From the IMG/VR virus record IMGVR_UViG_3300042448_001193: a DNA stretch of 64,000 nt, one strand, 5' to 3'. This document shows positions 27,007 to 35,812 of the stretch, piece by piece. The notes beneath the pieces were generated by a model that did no database searches, was not told the origin of the DNA, and was given only the letters and a program-made list of their open reading frames with translations. Source of the DNA: a virus (lineage: Duplodnaviria > Heunggongvirae > Uroviricota > Caudoviricetes). The position numbers were made by a program, and so were the translations under genes. The first letter of the stretch is position 1, and each line of letters begins with the position of its first letter.

Positions 27007-27924
27007 TTAAATAAATCTTGTGTCTTCTTGGTCTATTACTTCGCCAAAGAAGCTAGTCTTCTTTTCTGGCTTATCATCAACCGTTTCGTTTGTTAATGGC
27101 ACATCATCAAGTTCTCGCCAAAACTCCGCACCAACAACTGCATCCAAAATAACTTTTGGTAATACATCTTCGGGCATTTGAGCAGTTGACTTCAATTCTT
27201 TGCGGACCTCGTGCATGTCAGTGAATCCATAAATTTTAGCATCATCTTCTTGATGCTGGTTTATCAGGTTCTTAAAATCATGATTGTATTCTGATTCTCC
27301 TAGAAACTTATATATCTGTCTCATAGTTTCTTTTGGATTACTTACAAGATCCTTGTACTCAACAAAGTGAATACTTGTTCTATATCCCTCAGAAAGAGCT
27401 TTCTTTAGTCCATCAAACGATTGACCAAGAATGCCTGGACCAGCAATAGCGCGGCAACGATTTTCATCAGTCAATGGAATGCCTTGCTGCACAAGCGATT
27501 GGTCGATGAAGTTTAACCTGTCGTTGACGATGTGTGGGTTGCGTTTAATCATTGAGATGAATGATGCTAGAATCTCAGCTACATCACGCACCGGATAGAT
27601 GATCTTTGGATGTTCAATACCAAAGTATCCTTGAATATAATCCATTCTGTTTACCCAACTGCGATTCTTTTCAAATACCACTGGCTTGTCTGTATCTGCA
27701 TAGTATTGATCAATGACTGATGTAACTAGATTCTTACCAAATTCCATCTTTGGATATGCAAGAAACAGTTCATCTTGGCTCAGTGATTGTTCCAAAGTTA
27801 ACATGGTAGAAACCACCGGCGAACTAGGACCAGAGTAGAATCTTGGATTTTGGTTTAGGATAGCCGATAGCATTGTGCTGCCGCTACGTGGCAAACCTGC
27901 CATAAAATAGTATTTTTTCTTCAT
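27007..27924 (-). CDS. PAPS-dependent sulfotransferase
   Basis: 5'-PSB loop AGLPRSGSTMLSAILNQNP, FEKNRSW, 3'-PB motif RDVAEILASF, VEYKDLVSNP.ETM..IY.FL. Confidence 0.85.
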   Translation of the reverse strand: MKKKYYFMAGLPRSGSTMLSAILNQNPRFYSGPSSPVVSTMLTLEQSLSQDELFLAYPKMEFGKNLVTSVIDQYYADTDKPVVFEKNRSWVNRMDYIQGYFGIEHPKIIYPVRDVAEILASFISMIKRNPHIVNDRLNFIDQSLVQQGIPLTDENRCRAIAGPGILGQSFDGLKKALSEGYRTSIHFVEYKDLVSNPKETMRQIYKFLGESEYNHDFKNLINQHQEDDAKIYGFTDMHEVRKELKSTAQMPEDVLPKVILDAVVGAEFWRELDDVPLTNETVDDKPEKKTSFFGEVIDQEDTRFI

Positions 27925-27933
27925 AATAAATCC

Positions 27934-28833
27934 TTACTGTTTGTCCACTGATGCAATGATATCATCAATATTGAAAAGCTCCTGATCGTCCGTGAATGGA
28001 TATTCAACCTCGTTGCCATTGAAATCAAAGTCAAACAGATAACTTCCCGGCAACTTGAAATCGTATGGAATCTTTGTCGTTATATTAGTATGTATGTCAT
28101 ATCCAAACACAGTCGGGCTGGTGCCATTCCACAAAACCGTTGATGGTTTGTTTGTTGCAGCGGCCGCGTGTTGAAGTGAGGAATCAATAAGAATACGCTT
28201 ATCGCTGTGCAATAAGATACTGAAAAATTCCATCAATGATAGAGTTTGTTGCTGACTTGCAAAGATGTGATTTGCGCCCTTGAGCTTGATTGAATTTATC
28301 TTTGTTATCTGATAGATTGTGTAATCTTTTTTGTAATGATCTACCAAATCTTGAGCTAGTTTCTCGGGCATGTCGCGGGTCCATGCGTATGGCTTTGCAT
28401 CAGTTGTCATCATTCCACCATTGGTATGAATGACCATGATTGGCTTGCTGCCCTTTACCCAAAACTTTCTAGATAAATCGTATTGCAACTTGTTGAACTT
28501 AATCACAGGTTGTTCATTGTTATACTCCAATCCATATAACTTACACCAGTTCTGAATTAGTGGTAATTTTTTATGAATGTGATCTGTAGTGTAATACGGC
28601 TCATGGTGAAAGATGATTGAATCTTTTCCTTGAATGTAATTCTGGTAAAAGTATGATGTTGTCCCAATGGTGTATACACGATCAACAAAACTCAAATTGT
28701 TGAAAATTTCTGCGTATGCACAGACAACAATAAGTTTGCGGTCTGGATGGTTGTTCTTGATGGCTTGTGCAACTGCTGTTGCTGCGACATGTTTACCAAT
28801 GCCACCCTGAACGTGGAAAATACTATATTTCAT
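27934..28833 (-). CDS. GT-B glycosyltransferase, GT9 (heptosyltransferase)-like
   Basis: QGGIGKHVAAT, AIK..HP..KLIV, IDSSLQHAAAA..KPSTVLW..T.P..FGY. Confidence 0.7.
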   Translation of the reverse strand: MKYSIFHVQGGIGKHVAATAVAQAIKNNHPDRKLIVVCAYAEIFNNLSFVDRVYTIGTTSYFYQNYIQGKDSIIFHHEPYYTTDHIHKKLPLIQNWCKLYGLEYNNEQPVIKFNKLQYDLSRKFWVKGSKPIMVIHTNGGMMTTDAKPYAWTRDMPEKLAQDLVDHYKKDYTIYQITKINSIKLKGANHIFASQQQTLSLMEFFSILLHSDKRILIDSSLQHAAAATNKPSTVLWNGTSPTVFGYDIHTNITTKIPYDFKLPGSYLFDFDFNGNEVEYPFTDDQELFNIDDIIASVDKQ

Positions 28834-28862
28834 ATGTGTCTCATGATATGTTTCGGATGTAC

Positions 28863-28870
28863 TATTTATA
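28863..28870 (-). promoter_or_regulatory. Late promoter for the GT9-like/sulfotransferase/kinase operon
   Basis: Exact TATAAATA containing the TAA stop of the upstream gene. Confidence 0.8.
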
Positions 28871-30134
28871 CTCGTTCCAGAATAGTAAAACCATTGTTGT
28901 TCGTTTTGTGTGTCTTAAATTTCCAGTGTGGATTTTGTATCATAAACTCAATGATTGCTGTCATGAGTCCTTTTCTGTCATTGCCAACTTCACCCGTTAA
29001 TCCAAATGTGTATGTATCATGGAAAGCTAGATATTTCTTGGCTTTGTTGCCATGTAATTTTAACTCTTTTGATAGTTGACTGTAAGTATGTAGTGTGTCA
29101 ATAAACAGTAAGTCTGTTTCAGCAATCTCAATATTCAGTACATCTGCTTTTATATATTGGGCATTTTTGCCTTCCATTCTAGCCATTTCAAATAATGTAG
29201 CAACTTCTTTGTCTAAGGAGATATCATAAGAAATTAGTTTGGTGTTGGTGTTCAGAAATGCCCGTGTGCTTACGCCAGTTCTAACACCCATTTCCACTAC
29301 AGTTTCACATTGTTGGGCTAACTCATATAGCAGATGGACGTTCTCGTTGATATCGCTAAGTGTTTTTGTTGCTCGTTCATATTCTAATTGAAATGTGTTC
29401 TTCACAGCTTGTTCTTTACTAATCATCTGGTATGGTATATCCCAATTCTTTCCATCTTCAAAGTGACCAAAGCTAATGAAGTTCTTTGAATCTAATTGAA
29501 TTCGTTTAGATATCTCACTATTTGGATCATTAAAGTGCTTCAATGTTTCTGATATTTTGCCTTTGATTTTGTTTGAATTTATAGCATACACATTCTTAGC
29601 TCGTTGTGCAAGATAGTCATCGCCATACCAAACCTGATACAAACTAGGAATCTTGTTATATGATGCTCTTGTCATAAACATACAGATACCAAATGCCCAT
29701 GCTTGACCACCAATTGGTTTTGTTTTGTTGTAGTTGAGATTAACAATTTCCTCTTTGGTATTGATGTGATCGTCTATCTTATAGTTATTCTGATATCCTC
29801 GGAGATTGACCCCTATCAAATCACCATGTTTCAAATCAAAGTTGAAAACCATATCAAAAACATCATGTGACACTTTGATATCATCGTTGATGATTGCAAT
29901 GATATCTGATGTTGTGCGTTTGTGACCTTCGTTCCATGCAGGATTTACATAGATGTTTCTACCGTAACTAATCAACTCAACCTTGTTGTGTCTCAATATA
30001 GTTGCGTTAGGTCTTTTGCTCTTGTTGTTATCAACAATGATAACCTTTTTGACATTTGGATGTGAAACATAAGATTCAATACATGATTCTATACCCTGTG
30101 CCATCCACATTGTGGGAATAATGATATCAATCAT
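28866..30134 (-). CDS. GT2-like glycosyltransferase fused to a class I SAM methyltransferase (Methyltransf_24-like)
   Basis: N-terminal IIIPT, IIVDN, NIYVNPAWN.G, IAIINDDI, WYGDDYL; C-terminal VVEMGVRTGVST, DLLFIDTLHTY, AFHDT. Confidence 0.75.
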   Translation of the reverse strand: MIDIIIPTMWMAQGIESCIESYVSHPNVKKVIIVDNNKSKRPNATILRHNKVELISYGRNIYVNPAWNEGHKRTTSDIIAIINDDIKVSHDVFDMVFNFDLKHGDLIGVNLRGYQNNYKIDDHINTKEEIVNLNYNKTKPIGGQAWAFGICMFMTRASYNKIPSLYQVWYGDDYLAQRAKNVYAINSNKIKGKISETLKHFNDPNSEISKRIQLDSKNFISFGHFEDGKNWDIPYQMISKEQAVKNTFQLEYERATKTLSDINENVHLLYELAQQCETVVEMGVRTGVSTRAFLNTNTKLISYDISLDKEVATLFEMARMEGKNAQYIKADVLNIEIAETDLLFIDTLHTYSQLSKELKLHGNKAKKYLAFHDTYTFGLTGEVGNDRKGLMTAIIEFMIQNPHWKFKTHKTNNNGFTILERV

Positions 30135-30775
30135 AATTTATTGGCTTGCTTGAAATCACCTTTGTACATCTTGTTTCCAATGTGGGAAACTGTATGGTGT
30201 GGATTGCACCAGATTGTATAACCTAGTTCGGTAATCTTGTTGGACAAAGTGATATCTTCACCAACAAAGTCACCATTTTCGTAGGTGTATTCACAGATGT
30301 TTTTCAGCTTCTTATTTCTGAATACCAACTCAGTGTTTGAATCCCATAGGTCAACAATTACTTTGCGAGATAGCTTTAGAAATCCTGTGCCACTCTTTTG
30401 CACATTAATATAACCATCAGTTTCGTCAGTGACTGAATTCTTTGGAATCCATATGTTGAATGATATATTTTTATCACCTTTGTTAACCACAGGAATAGTG
30501 ATCACATCTTTTTCTGATTGAATTATATCTATCAGTGCCTGAGCATCCCAATATTCATCATCGTCAATGAATACCATAATTTCATAATCTTCTAGATAAG
30601 CAAGCGCAAAAAGCTCATTCCGAGCCATGGGCAGGATACTTTCATTCGCAAGGAACACACACTTAATATCAATGTTATTCTTGATACCTAGTTTAGTGGA
30701 TTCACACAGACTATGTACAAAATATGCATCAACCTTCTGGTCAAGGCATGGGGTAGCAATCAAAACTTTTTTCAT
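30131..30775 (-). CDS. GT-A fold glycosyltransferase
   Basis: Start moved to MKKVLIATP; LPMARNEL, VFIDDD (DxD), GTGFLKLSR, GED..L, IW....TVSHIG. Confidence 0.75.
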   Translation of the reverse strand: MKKVLIATPCLDQKVDAYFVHSLCESTKLGIKNNIDIKCVFLANESILPMARNELFALAYLEDYEIMVFIDDDEYWDAQALIDIIQSEKDVITIPVVNKGDKNISFNIWIPKNSVTDETDGYINVQKSGTGFLKLSRKVIVDLWDSNTELVFRNKKLKNICEYTYENGDFVGEDITLSNKITELGYTIWCNPHHTVSHIGNKMYKGDFKQANKL

Positions 30776-30834
30776 AAAAAACTCAAAATAAGTGAACAGA
30801 CATAGTATATATGCCTGTTCCAATCACCTGAAAA

Positions 30835-33800
30835 TTATTTTGCTTCCAGTGATGATAATCTAGCCTTCAACTCATCAACTTCCCTTGATAGTTCGTTCAC
30901 AGCATTGACTAAAATTGGTATTAAGTGATCCGTTGTTAGTTGTAGCTTTTCAGAATCATCAACAGATACTACAACAGGATGATCTCCTTCAGCTTCAAGG
31001 AAGTTCTGAGCAGTGAAACCATACCTGCGTTTACCCTCTATGTCAGTGATGCAACCAGTTTCTCTATCTTTGAATGCAAATTCAACAGGTTCAATGTTCT
31101 GCAAGAATCCGCGACCATGCGGCACACTACCAAAGATAAACTTATCACGACAATCAGAAACCGTAGTCCAACCAATCTGAATCTGGGCACATGTGTGAGT
31201 TGCATTACCCATAACAATGCGGTTAGATTCTGTTGTAAGATTTACCAAACCACCCGGAGTAAACCCGGTGGTACCAGCTCTAATACCAAACAATAAGTTG
31301 TTGCAACCTGTTGTGACTGCTACGCCGGTGCCGAAGCCTAAGAATAAGTTATTACATCCAAATGTGTTGTTGAAACCAGCATATGATCCAATGAATATGT
31401 TGCAGTTACCTGTTGTGTTTTTCTGACCTGTGCAATTACCGGAAAAGAAATTATTATTACCGAATGTGTTATAACGACCGGCTTGGTTGCCGATAAAGTT
31501 GTTGTGGTTGCCTGTGGTGTTAAAGCGACCAGCATAAAAACCGAAGAAGTTGTTGTAACTACCTGTTGTGTTGGGACGACCCGCCTGATTACCCATAAAG
31601 GTGTTATGATTGCCTGTTGTATTGCTGCGCCCAGCATAAAAACCAAAAAAGTTGTTACTGCTGCCTGTTGTAGTGTAACGACCAGCATCTCGTCCAAAAA
31701 AGTTGTTGTGACATGCGGTTGAGTTAGTACATCCAGTATATAACCCAACAAAGAAGTTATGACAGCCAAATGTGTTGAGGCGCCCAGAGGATTGACCGAT
31801 AAATGTGTTGTAACAACCTGTTGTGTTGAAGCATCCAGCTCGTAGGCCAATAAAGGTGTTGCTGCATCCAAATGTGTTGCAACTACCAGCATTGCAACCA
31901 ATAAATGTATTGAAGCCGCCGGTTGTGTTTGAGCGACCAGCATAAGCACCAAAGAAGTTGTTATTGCAGCCTGTTGTATTGTAACGACCAGCATCTCGTC
32001 CAAAAATGTTGTTGTTGCACCCGGTTGTGGTATTAAAACCAGCACTTCGGCCAATGAATGTATTGAAGCAACTGGTTGTGTTACAATACCCGGCACAACG
32101 ACCAGCAAAGAAGTTGTCACAACCGAATGTGTTACGCTGCCCAGCATTAAACCCAATAAATGTGTTGAAGCTACCTGTTGTGTTGTAACGACCAGCGTTA
32201 GTGCCAAAGAAGTTATTATAACAACCAAATGTGTTAAATTGGCCAGCACTAGAGCCAATGAAGTTGTTGAAACTTCCTGTGGTATTGCAGAGACCAACAG
32301 AGGTGCCCATGAAGTTGTTACTGTTACCCTCCGTGTTCTTGCGACCAGCGCCATTACCAAAGAAGTTGTTGGCGCTGCCAGTTGTGTTGCAGCATCCAGC
32401 ATAATAACCAAAGAAGTTGTTGCAGCTACCTGTTGTGCTGTATCGACCCGCACGAAAGCCGAAGAAATTATTATATTGACCAGTTGTGTTGCTGCACCCA
32501 GTATAATTACCAAAAAAGTTGTTGTCTCTGCCTGTTGTGTTTGAGCGACCAGTTTGATTACCAAAGAATGTGTTGTTGCTGCCAGTGGTGTTGCAGTAAC
32601 CAGCACATTGACCAGCAAAGAAATTGTTGCTGCCAAATGTGTTGCAACGCCCAGCATAATAACCAATGAATGTGTTGAAGCTACCTGTTGTGTTATTGTA
32701 ACCAGCACAACGACCAGCAAAGAAGTTGTCACATCCGAATGTGTTACTGCGACCAGCATAAGAACCAATGAAGGTGTTGAAGCTACCAGTTGTGTTATTG
32801 CGACCAGCACATGCTCCAAAGAAGTTGTTGTTACTACCAGTAGTATTAAACCTTCCGCTTGCAAAACCAAAGAAGTTGTTGCAATTGCCTGTGGTGTTGT
32901 TTCCGCCAGCATAACTACCAATAAAATTGTTGTTGGTGCCGGTAGTGTTATATCGACCAGCACTAGATCCAACAAAGATGTTATTACAACCTATTGTATT
33001 ACAGTAGCCAGCTTGTCGACCAAAGAAGTTGTTGTTGAAGCCAGTAGTGTTTCTCCATCCGGCACATTGACCAAAGAAGTTGTTGTAGCTGCCAGTGGTG
33101 TTACAAGAACCAGCAAAGACACCAAAGAAGGTGTTGTTGGTGCCAGTGGTGTTATTTAAGCCAGCATTTGATCCAATGAATGTGTTGAAGCTGCCGGTTG
33201 TGTTACAATATCCTCCACAGTGACCAGCAAAGAAGTTATTGCATCCAAATGTGTTACTGCGCCCAGCATTTAATCCAATGAATGTGTTGAAGCTGCCAGT
33301 CGTGTTGAGGCAACCAGTATTGTAACCAGCGAAGAAGTTGTTGCAGCCTGTTGAGTTGCGTTCCCCAGCAGAGCGACCAAAGAAGTTGTTGTAATTACCT
33401 GTTGTGGTACAAAGTCCGGCAAATGCTCCAATGAAGTTGTTGGCACGACTAATGGTGCTCTGGGAGCCTGCACGGATTCCAGCAAAAAAGTTGTATTTGC
33501 CAGTCGTGTTGCATAGTCCGGCGCACCGACCAATGAATGTGTTGTAGCTGCCCGCGCCGAATGTGCCCCCCACGTTACTAAAACCCGCACATAAGCCAAT
33601 GAATGTGTTGTAGCTGCCACCGCCGTATGCGCCTCCTATGTTGTTATACCCCGCACAACGCCCAGCAAAGAAGTTGTTGCATCCAAATGTGTTACTGAAG
33701 CCAGCGCCGTTACCAATAAATGTGTTGAAGTTACCTGTCGTGTTGCAAAAGCCAGCACAACGACCAGCAAAGAAGTTGTCGCATCCGAATGTGTTACTGC

Positions 33801-35517
33801 GCCCAGCATTTGATCCAATGAAGGTGTTGAAGCTACCTGTTGTGTTGCACAAACCAGCACAGAAACCAGCGAAGAAGTTATAGGTGCCAGTACCGCCTGT
33901 GCCACCAATGCAACTTACAATGTTTGTCGTGTTACAAACATTGAATGCACTTGGTGCGCTAAATGGTGAACCATTGATACTTAAACCAGTAGCATCAACT
34001 TTTAATCTTTCACATGTGCCTGCGGCTAATATAACTGTATCACATAAGCCAGCAGAGCCAACTATCGAACCGATGATTAAGTTATTAGAACCAGTTGTCA
34101 CTGCACATCCTGCATTGCATCCAAAGAATGTGTTGTTGCTGCCGGTTGTGTTTAACCGACCAGCACAACGACCAGCAAAGAAGTTGTCGCCTCCAAATGT
34201 GTTGCAATAACCTGCTCTTGTTCCAATGAATGTGTTATAACTGCCTGTTGTGTTGAGTATACCAGCACATCTGCCAAAGAAGTTGTTGTAGCCACCTGTT
34301 GTGTTGTAAGCTCCGGCACATTGACCTATAAAGTTGTTGTGGTTAGCTGTTGTGTTGTAAGCTCCGGCACATCTGCCAAAGAAGTTGTTGTAGTTGCCTG
34401 TGGTATTGCAAAAGCCGGCGCGCAACCCCATGAATATGTTGTAGCTACCTGTTGTGTTTTTGCACCCAGCGCCTGGGCCAAAGAAATTATTGCTGCAGCC
34501 AGTTGAGTTGTGGAAACCAGCCGAAGCACCAAAGAAATTATTATTATTGCCAATTGTGTTGTTGAAACCTGCAGTGTAACCAAAGAAGTTATTATAGTTA
34601 CCTGTGTCTCCATACATGAAGACATAACCTCCTATATTGTTGTAACCAGCATATTTTCCAAAGAAGTTGTTGTGGTTACCTGCTGTATTGCAAAAGCCGG
34701 CGCGGTCGCCAATGAACGTATTATTATTGCCGTATAAGTTGCTGGTACCAGCACACTGGCCAGCGAAGAAGTTGAAACTACCCGTTGTGTTACAAAGTCC
34801 AGCGCAACTACCCGCAAAGAAGTTGTTGGTACCAGTACCACCAGTACCGCTAATACAACTTACAATGTTTGTCGTGTTGCAAACGTTGAATGCCGAAGAT
34901 GTGGCTACCAGATCCCAACTTGGAGCAGCAGCACCATTTGACTTCAAGAAATAACCACAAGTTCCTGCCGCTAAAAATGCCGTAGTATTTGCATCAGACT
35001 GATATGGAATTGTGCCTGCACTACCGCCCAGTATATTCGTTGCTGATGCAGCAGTGCCTGTTGTATTTTGATTTAGTGTTGGAACATCAGCAGCTTGAAT
35101 TGCTGCCATCACAACGTTGGTGCCATTGCCGCGAAGGAAATAACCGGAAGTATTAGCACCAGCAAACGCATTCATTGCTGTCTGTGCTGTTGTTTGTCCT
35201 GAACCACCGTTAGCAATTGCTACAGTGCCCGTCACGTTTGCAGCACTACCTAAAATATTACCACTGACCTGAGAACCAGGCAAACTCAAAGAACTTAGTG
35301 TGGTGAGTGTTGAGTTTGTATTTGCTGTAATGTTTGCAGCAGTGCCTGTCGTATTCTGATTGAACGTTGGCCATGTTTGACCAGCAGCAAAAGTTACGTT
35401 ACCAGTTAGTGTTCCGCCGCCGATGGGTAAAGCACCAACTTCGGTTGCTGTTATCGTGCCGTCACCAAGCAAACCTGTGTCTGAAACTAATCCGCCCAAT
35501 ATTCTTGTTTTTGTCAT
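30835..35517 (-). CDS. Tail fibre/adhesin with about 64 Cys-rich 17-aa repeats and a C-terminal S74 intramolecular chaperone
   Basis: Repeat N-T-(T/F)-G-x-x-N-x-F-x-G-x-x-A-G-x-x; C-terminal TVSDCRDK, YGFTAQ, LIPILVNAVNEL coiled coil. Confidence 0.8.
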   Translation of the reverse strand: MTKTRILGGLVSDTGLLGDGTITATEVGALPIGGGTLTGNVTFAAGQTWPTFNQNTTGTAANITANTNSTLTTLSSLSLPGSQVSGNILGSAANVTGTVAIANGGSGQTTAQTAMNAFAGANTSGYFLRGNGTNVVMAAIQAADVPTLNQNTTGTAASATNILGGSAGTIPYQSDANTTAFLAAGTCGYFLKSNGAAAPSWDLVATSSAFNVCNTTNIVSCISGTGGTGTNNFFAGSCAGLCNTTGSFNFFAGQCAGTSNLYGNNNTFIGDRAGFCNTAGNHNNFFGKYAGYNNIGGYVFMYGDTGNYNNFFGYTAGFNNTIGNNNNFFGASAGFHNSTGCSNNFFGPGAGCKNTTGSYNIFMGLRAGFCNTTGNYNNFFGRCAGAYNTTANHNNFIGQCAGAYNTTGGYNNFFGRCAGILNTTGSYNTFIGTRAGYCNTFGGDNFFAGRCAGRLNTTGSNNTFFGCNAGCAVTTGSNNLIIGSIVGSAGLCDTVILAAGTCERLKVDATGLSINGSPFSAPSAFNVCNTTNIVSCIGGTGGTGTYNFFAGFCAGLCNTTGSFNTFIGSNAGRSNTFGCDNFFAGRCAGFCNTTGNFNTFIGNGAGFSNTFGCNNFFAGRCAGYNNIGGAYGGGSYNTFIGLCAGFSNVGGTFGAGSYNTFIGRCAGLCNTTGKYNFFAGIRAGSQSTISRANNFIGAFAGLCTTTGNYNNFFGRSAGERNSTGCNNFFAGYNTGCLNTTGSFNTFIGLNAGRSNTFGCNNFFAGHCGGYCNTTGSFNTFIGSNAGLNNTTGTNNTFFGVFAGSCNTTGSYNNFFGQCAGWRNTTGFNNNFFGRQAGYCNTIGCNNIFVGSSAGRYNTTGTNNNFIGSYAGGNNTTGNCNNFFGFASGRFNTTGSNNNFFGACAGRNNTTGSFNTFIGSYAGRSNTFGCDNFFAGRCAGYNNTTGSFNTFIGYYAGRCNTFGSNNFFAGQCAGYCNTTGSNNTFFGNQTGRSNTTGRDNNFFGNYTGCSNTTGQYNNFFGFRAGRYSTTGSCNNFFGYYAGCCNTTGSANNFFGNGAGRKNTEGNSNNFMGTSVGLCNTTGSFNNFIGSSAGQFNTFGCYNNFFGTNAGRYNTTGSFNTFIGFNAGQRNTFGCDNFFAGRCAGYCNTTSCFNTFIGRSAGFNTTTGCNNNIFGRDAGRYNTTGCNNNFFGAYAGRSNTTGGFNTFIGCNAGSCNTFGCSNTFIGLRAGCFNTTGCYNTFIGQSSGRLNTFGCHNFFVGLYTGCTNSTACHNNFFGRDAGRYTTTGSSNNFFGFYAGRSNTTGNHNTFMGNQAGRPNTTGSYNNFFGFYAGRFNTTGNHNNFIGNQAGRYNTFGNNNFFSGNCTGQKNTTGNCNIFIGSYAGFNNTFGCNNLFLGFGTGVAVTTGCNNLLFGIRAGTTGFTPGGLVNLTTESNRIVMGNATHTCAQIQIGWTTVSDCRDKFIFGSVPHGRGFLQNIEPVEFAFKDRETGCITDIEGKRRYGFTAQNFLEAEGDHPVVVSVDDSEKLQLTTDHLIPILVNAVNELSREVDELKARLSSLEAK
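31280..34830 (-). repeat. Coding tandem repeat, 51-nt (17-aa) period, two blocks of about 14 and about 50 units
   Basis: Units counted by hand from the translation; boundaries approximate. Confidence 0.9.
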
Positions 35518-35552
35518 GGTATTTTTGCTTACCTATTATTCGTTATACTTGG

Positions 35553-35560
35553 TATTTATG
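35553..35560 (-). promoter_or_regulatory. Late promoter variant (CATAAATA) for the Cys-rich fibre
   Basis: ATAAATA 35 nt upstream of the ATG at 35517. Confidence 0.6.
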
Positions 35561-35590
35561 TCGTGGTACAGACGGCAATGGCAAGTAGTT

Positions 35591-35791
35591 TCATGGTTGC
35601 TCCTGTGGTGGTTCGATGTACTCCGCAATTTCGTTTACTGGAAACGCCTGTACAGCCTCCCAGATAATTGACGTGCCATTGTAAGGCGTCCCAATATCTT
35701 GGTTATTGCCAGTGTCGGTGTCTGCAACCAAACCTACAAAAGTATGGTCCGGTGTTGCCCAGCGCATTGAGTGAATTTTCTTGATTTCCAT
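35591..35791 (-). CDS. Small tail-fibre-associated protein
   Basis: 66 aa with RWATPD, acidic tail; follows an adhesin gene, as fibre-assembly-type genes do. Confidence 0.5.
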   Translation of the reverse strand: MEIKKIHSMRWATPDHTFVGLVADTDTGNNQDIGTPYNGTSIIWEAVQAFPVNEIAEYIEPPQEQP

Positions 35792-35812
35792 TTTGATTTC
35801 CTGTGTTAAAAA

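Noticed and set aside
24953-30823. ORF-track 5' extensions (25711, 26605, 30823; also 3269)
   Set aside because: Downstream ATGs have RBSs or ATGA coupling and begin the recognisable domains; the extensions overlap promoters, hairpins or other genes.
31338-32975. 545-aa alternative-frame ORF (and plus-strand ORFs such as 32239..32544, 32554..33159, 33884..34210) inside the Cys-rich fibre
   Set aside because: Shadow frames of a 51-nt repeat whose codons rarely create stops; low-complexity T/L/V translation and no RBS or promoter support.
31280-34830. CRISPR-like periodic repeats
   Set aside because: The period is a multiple of three, units are degenerate at synonymous positions, they lie in a coding frame, and there are no unique spacers or cas genes.
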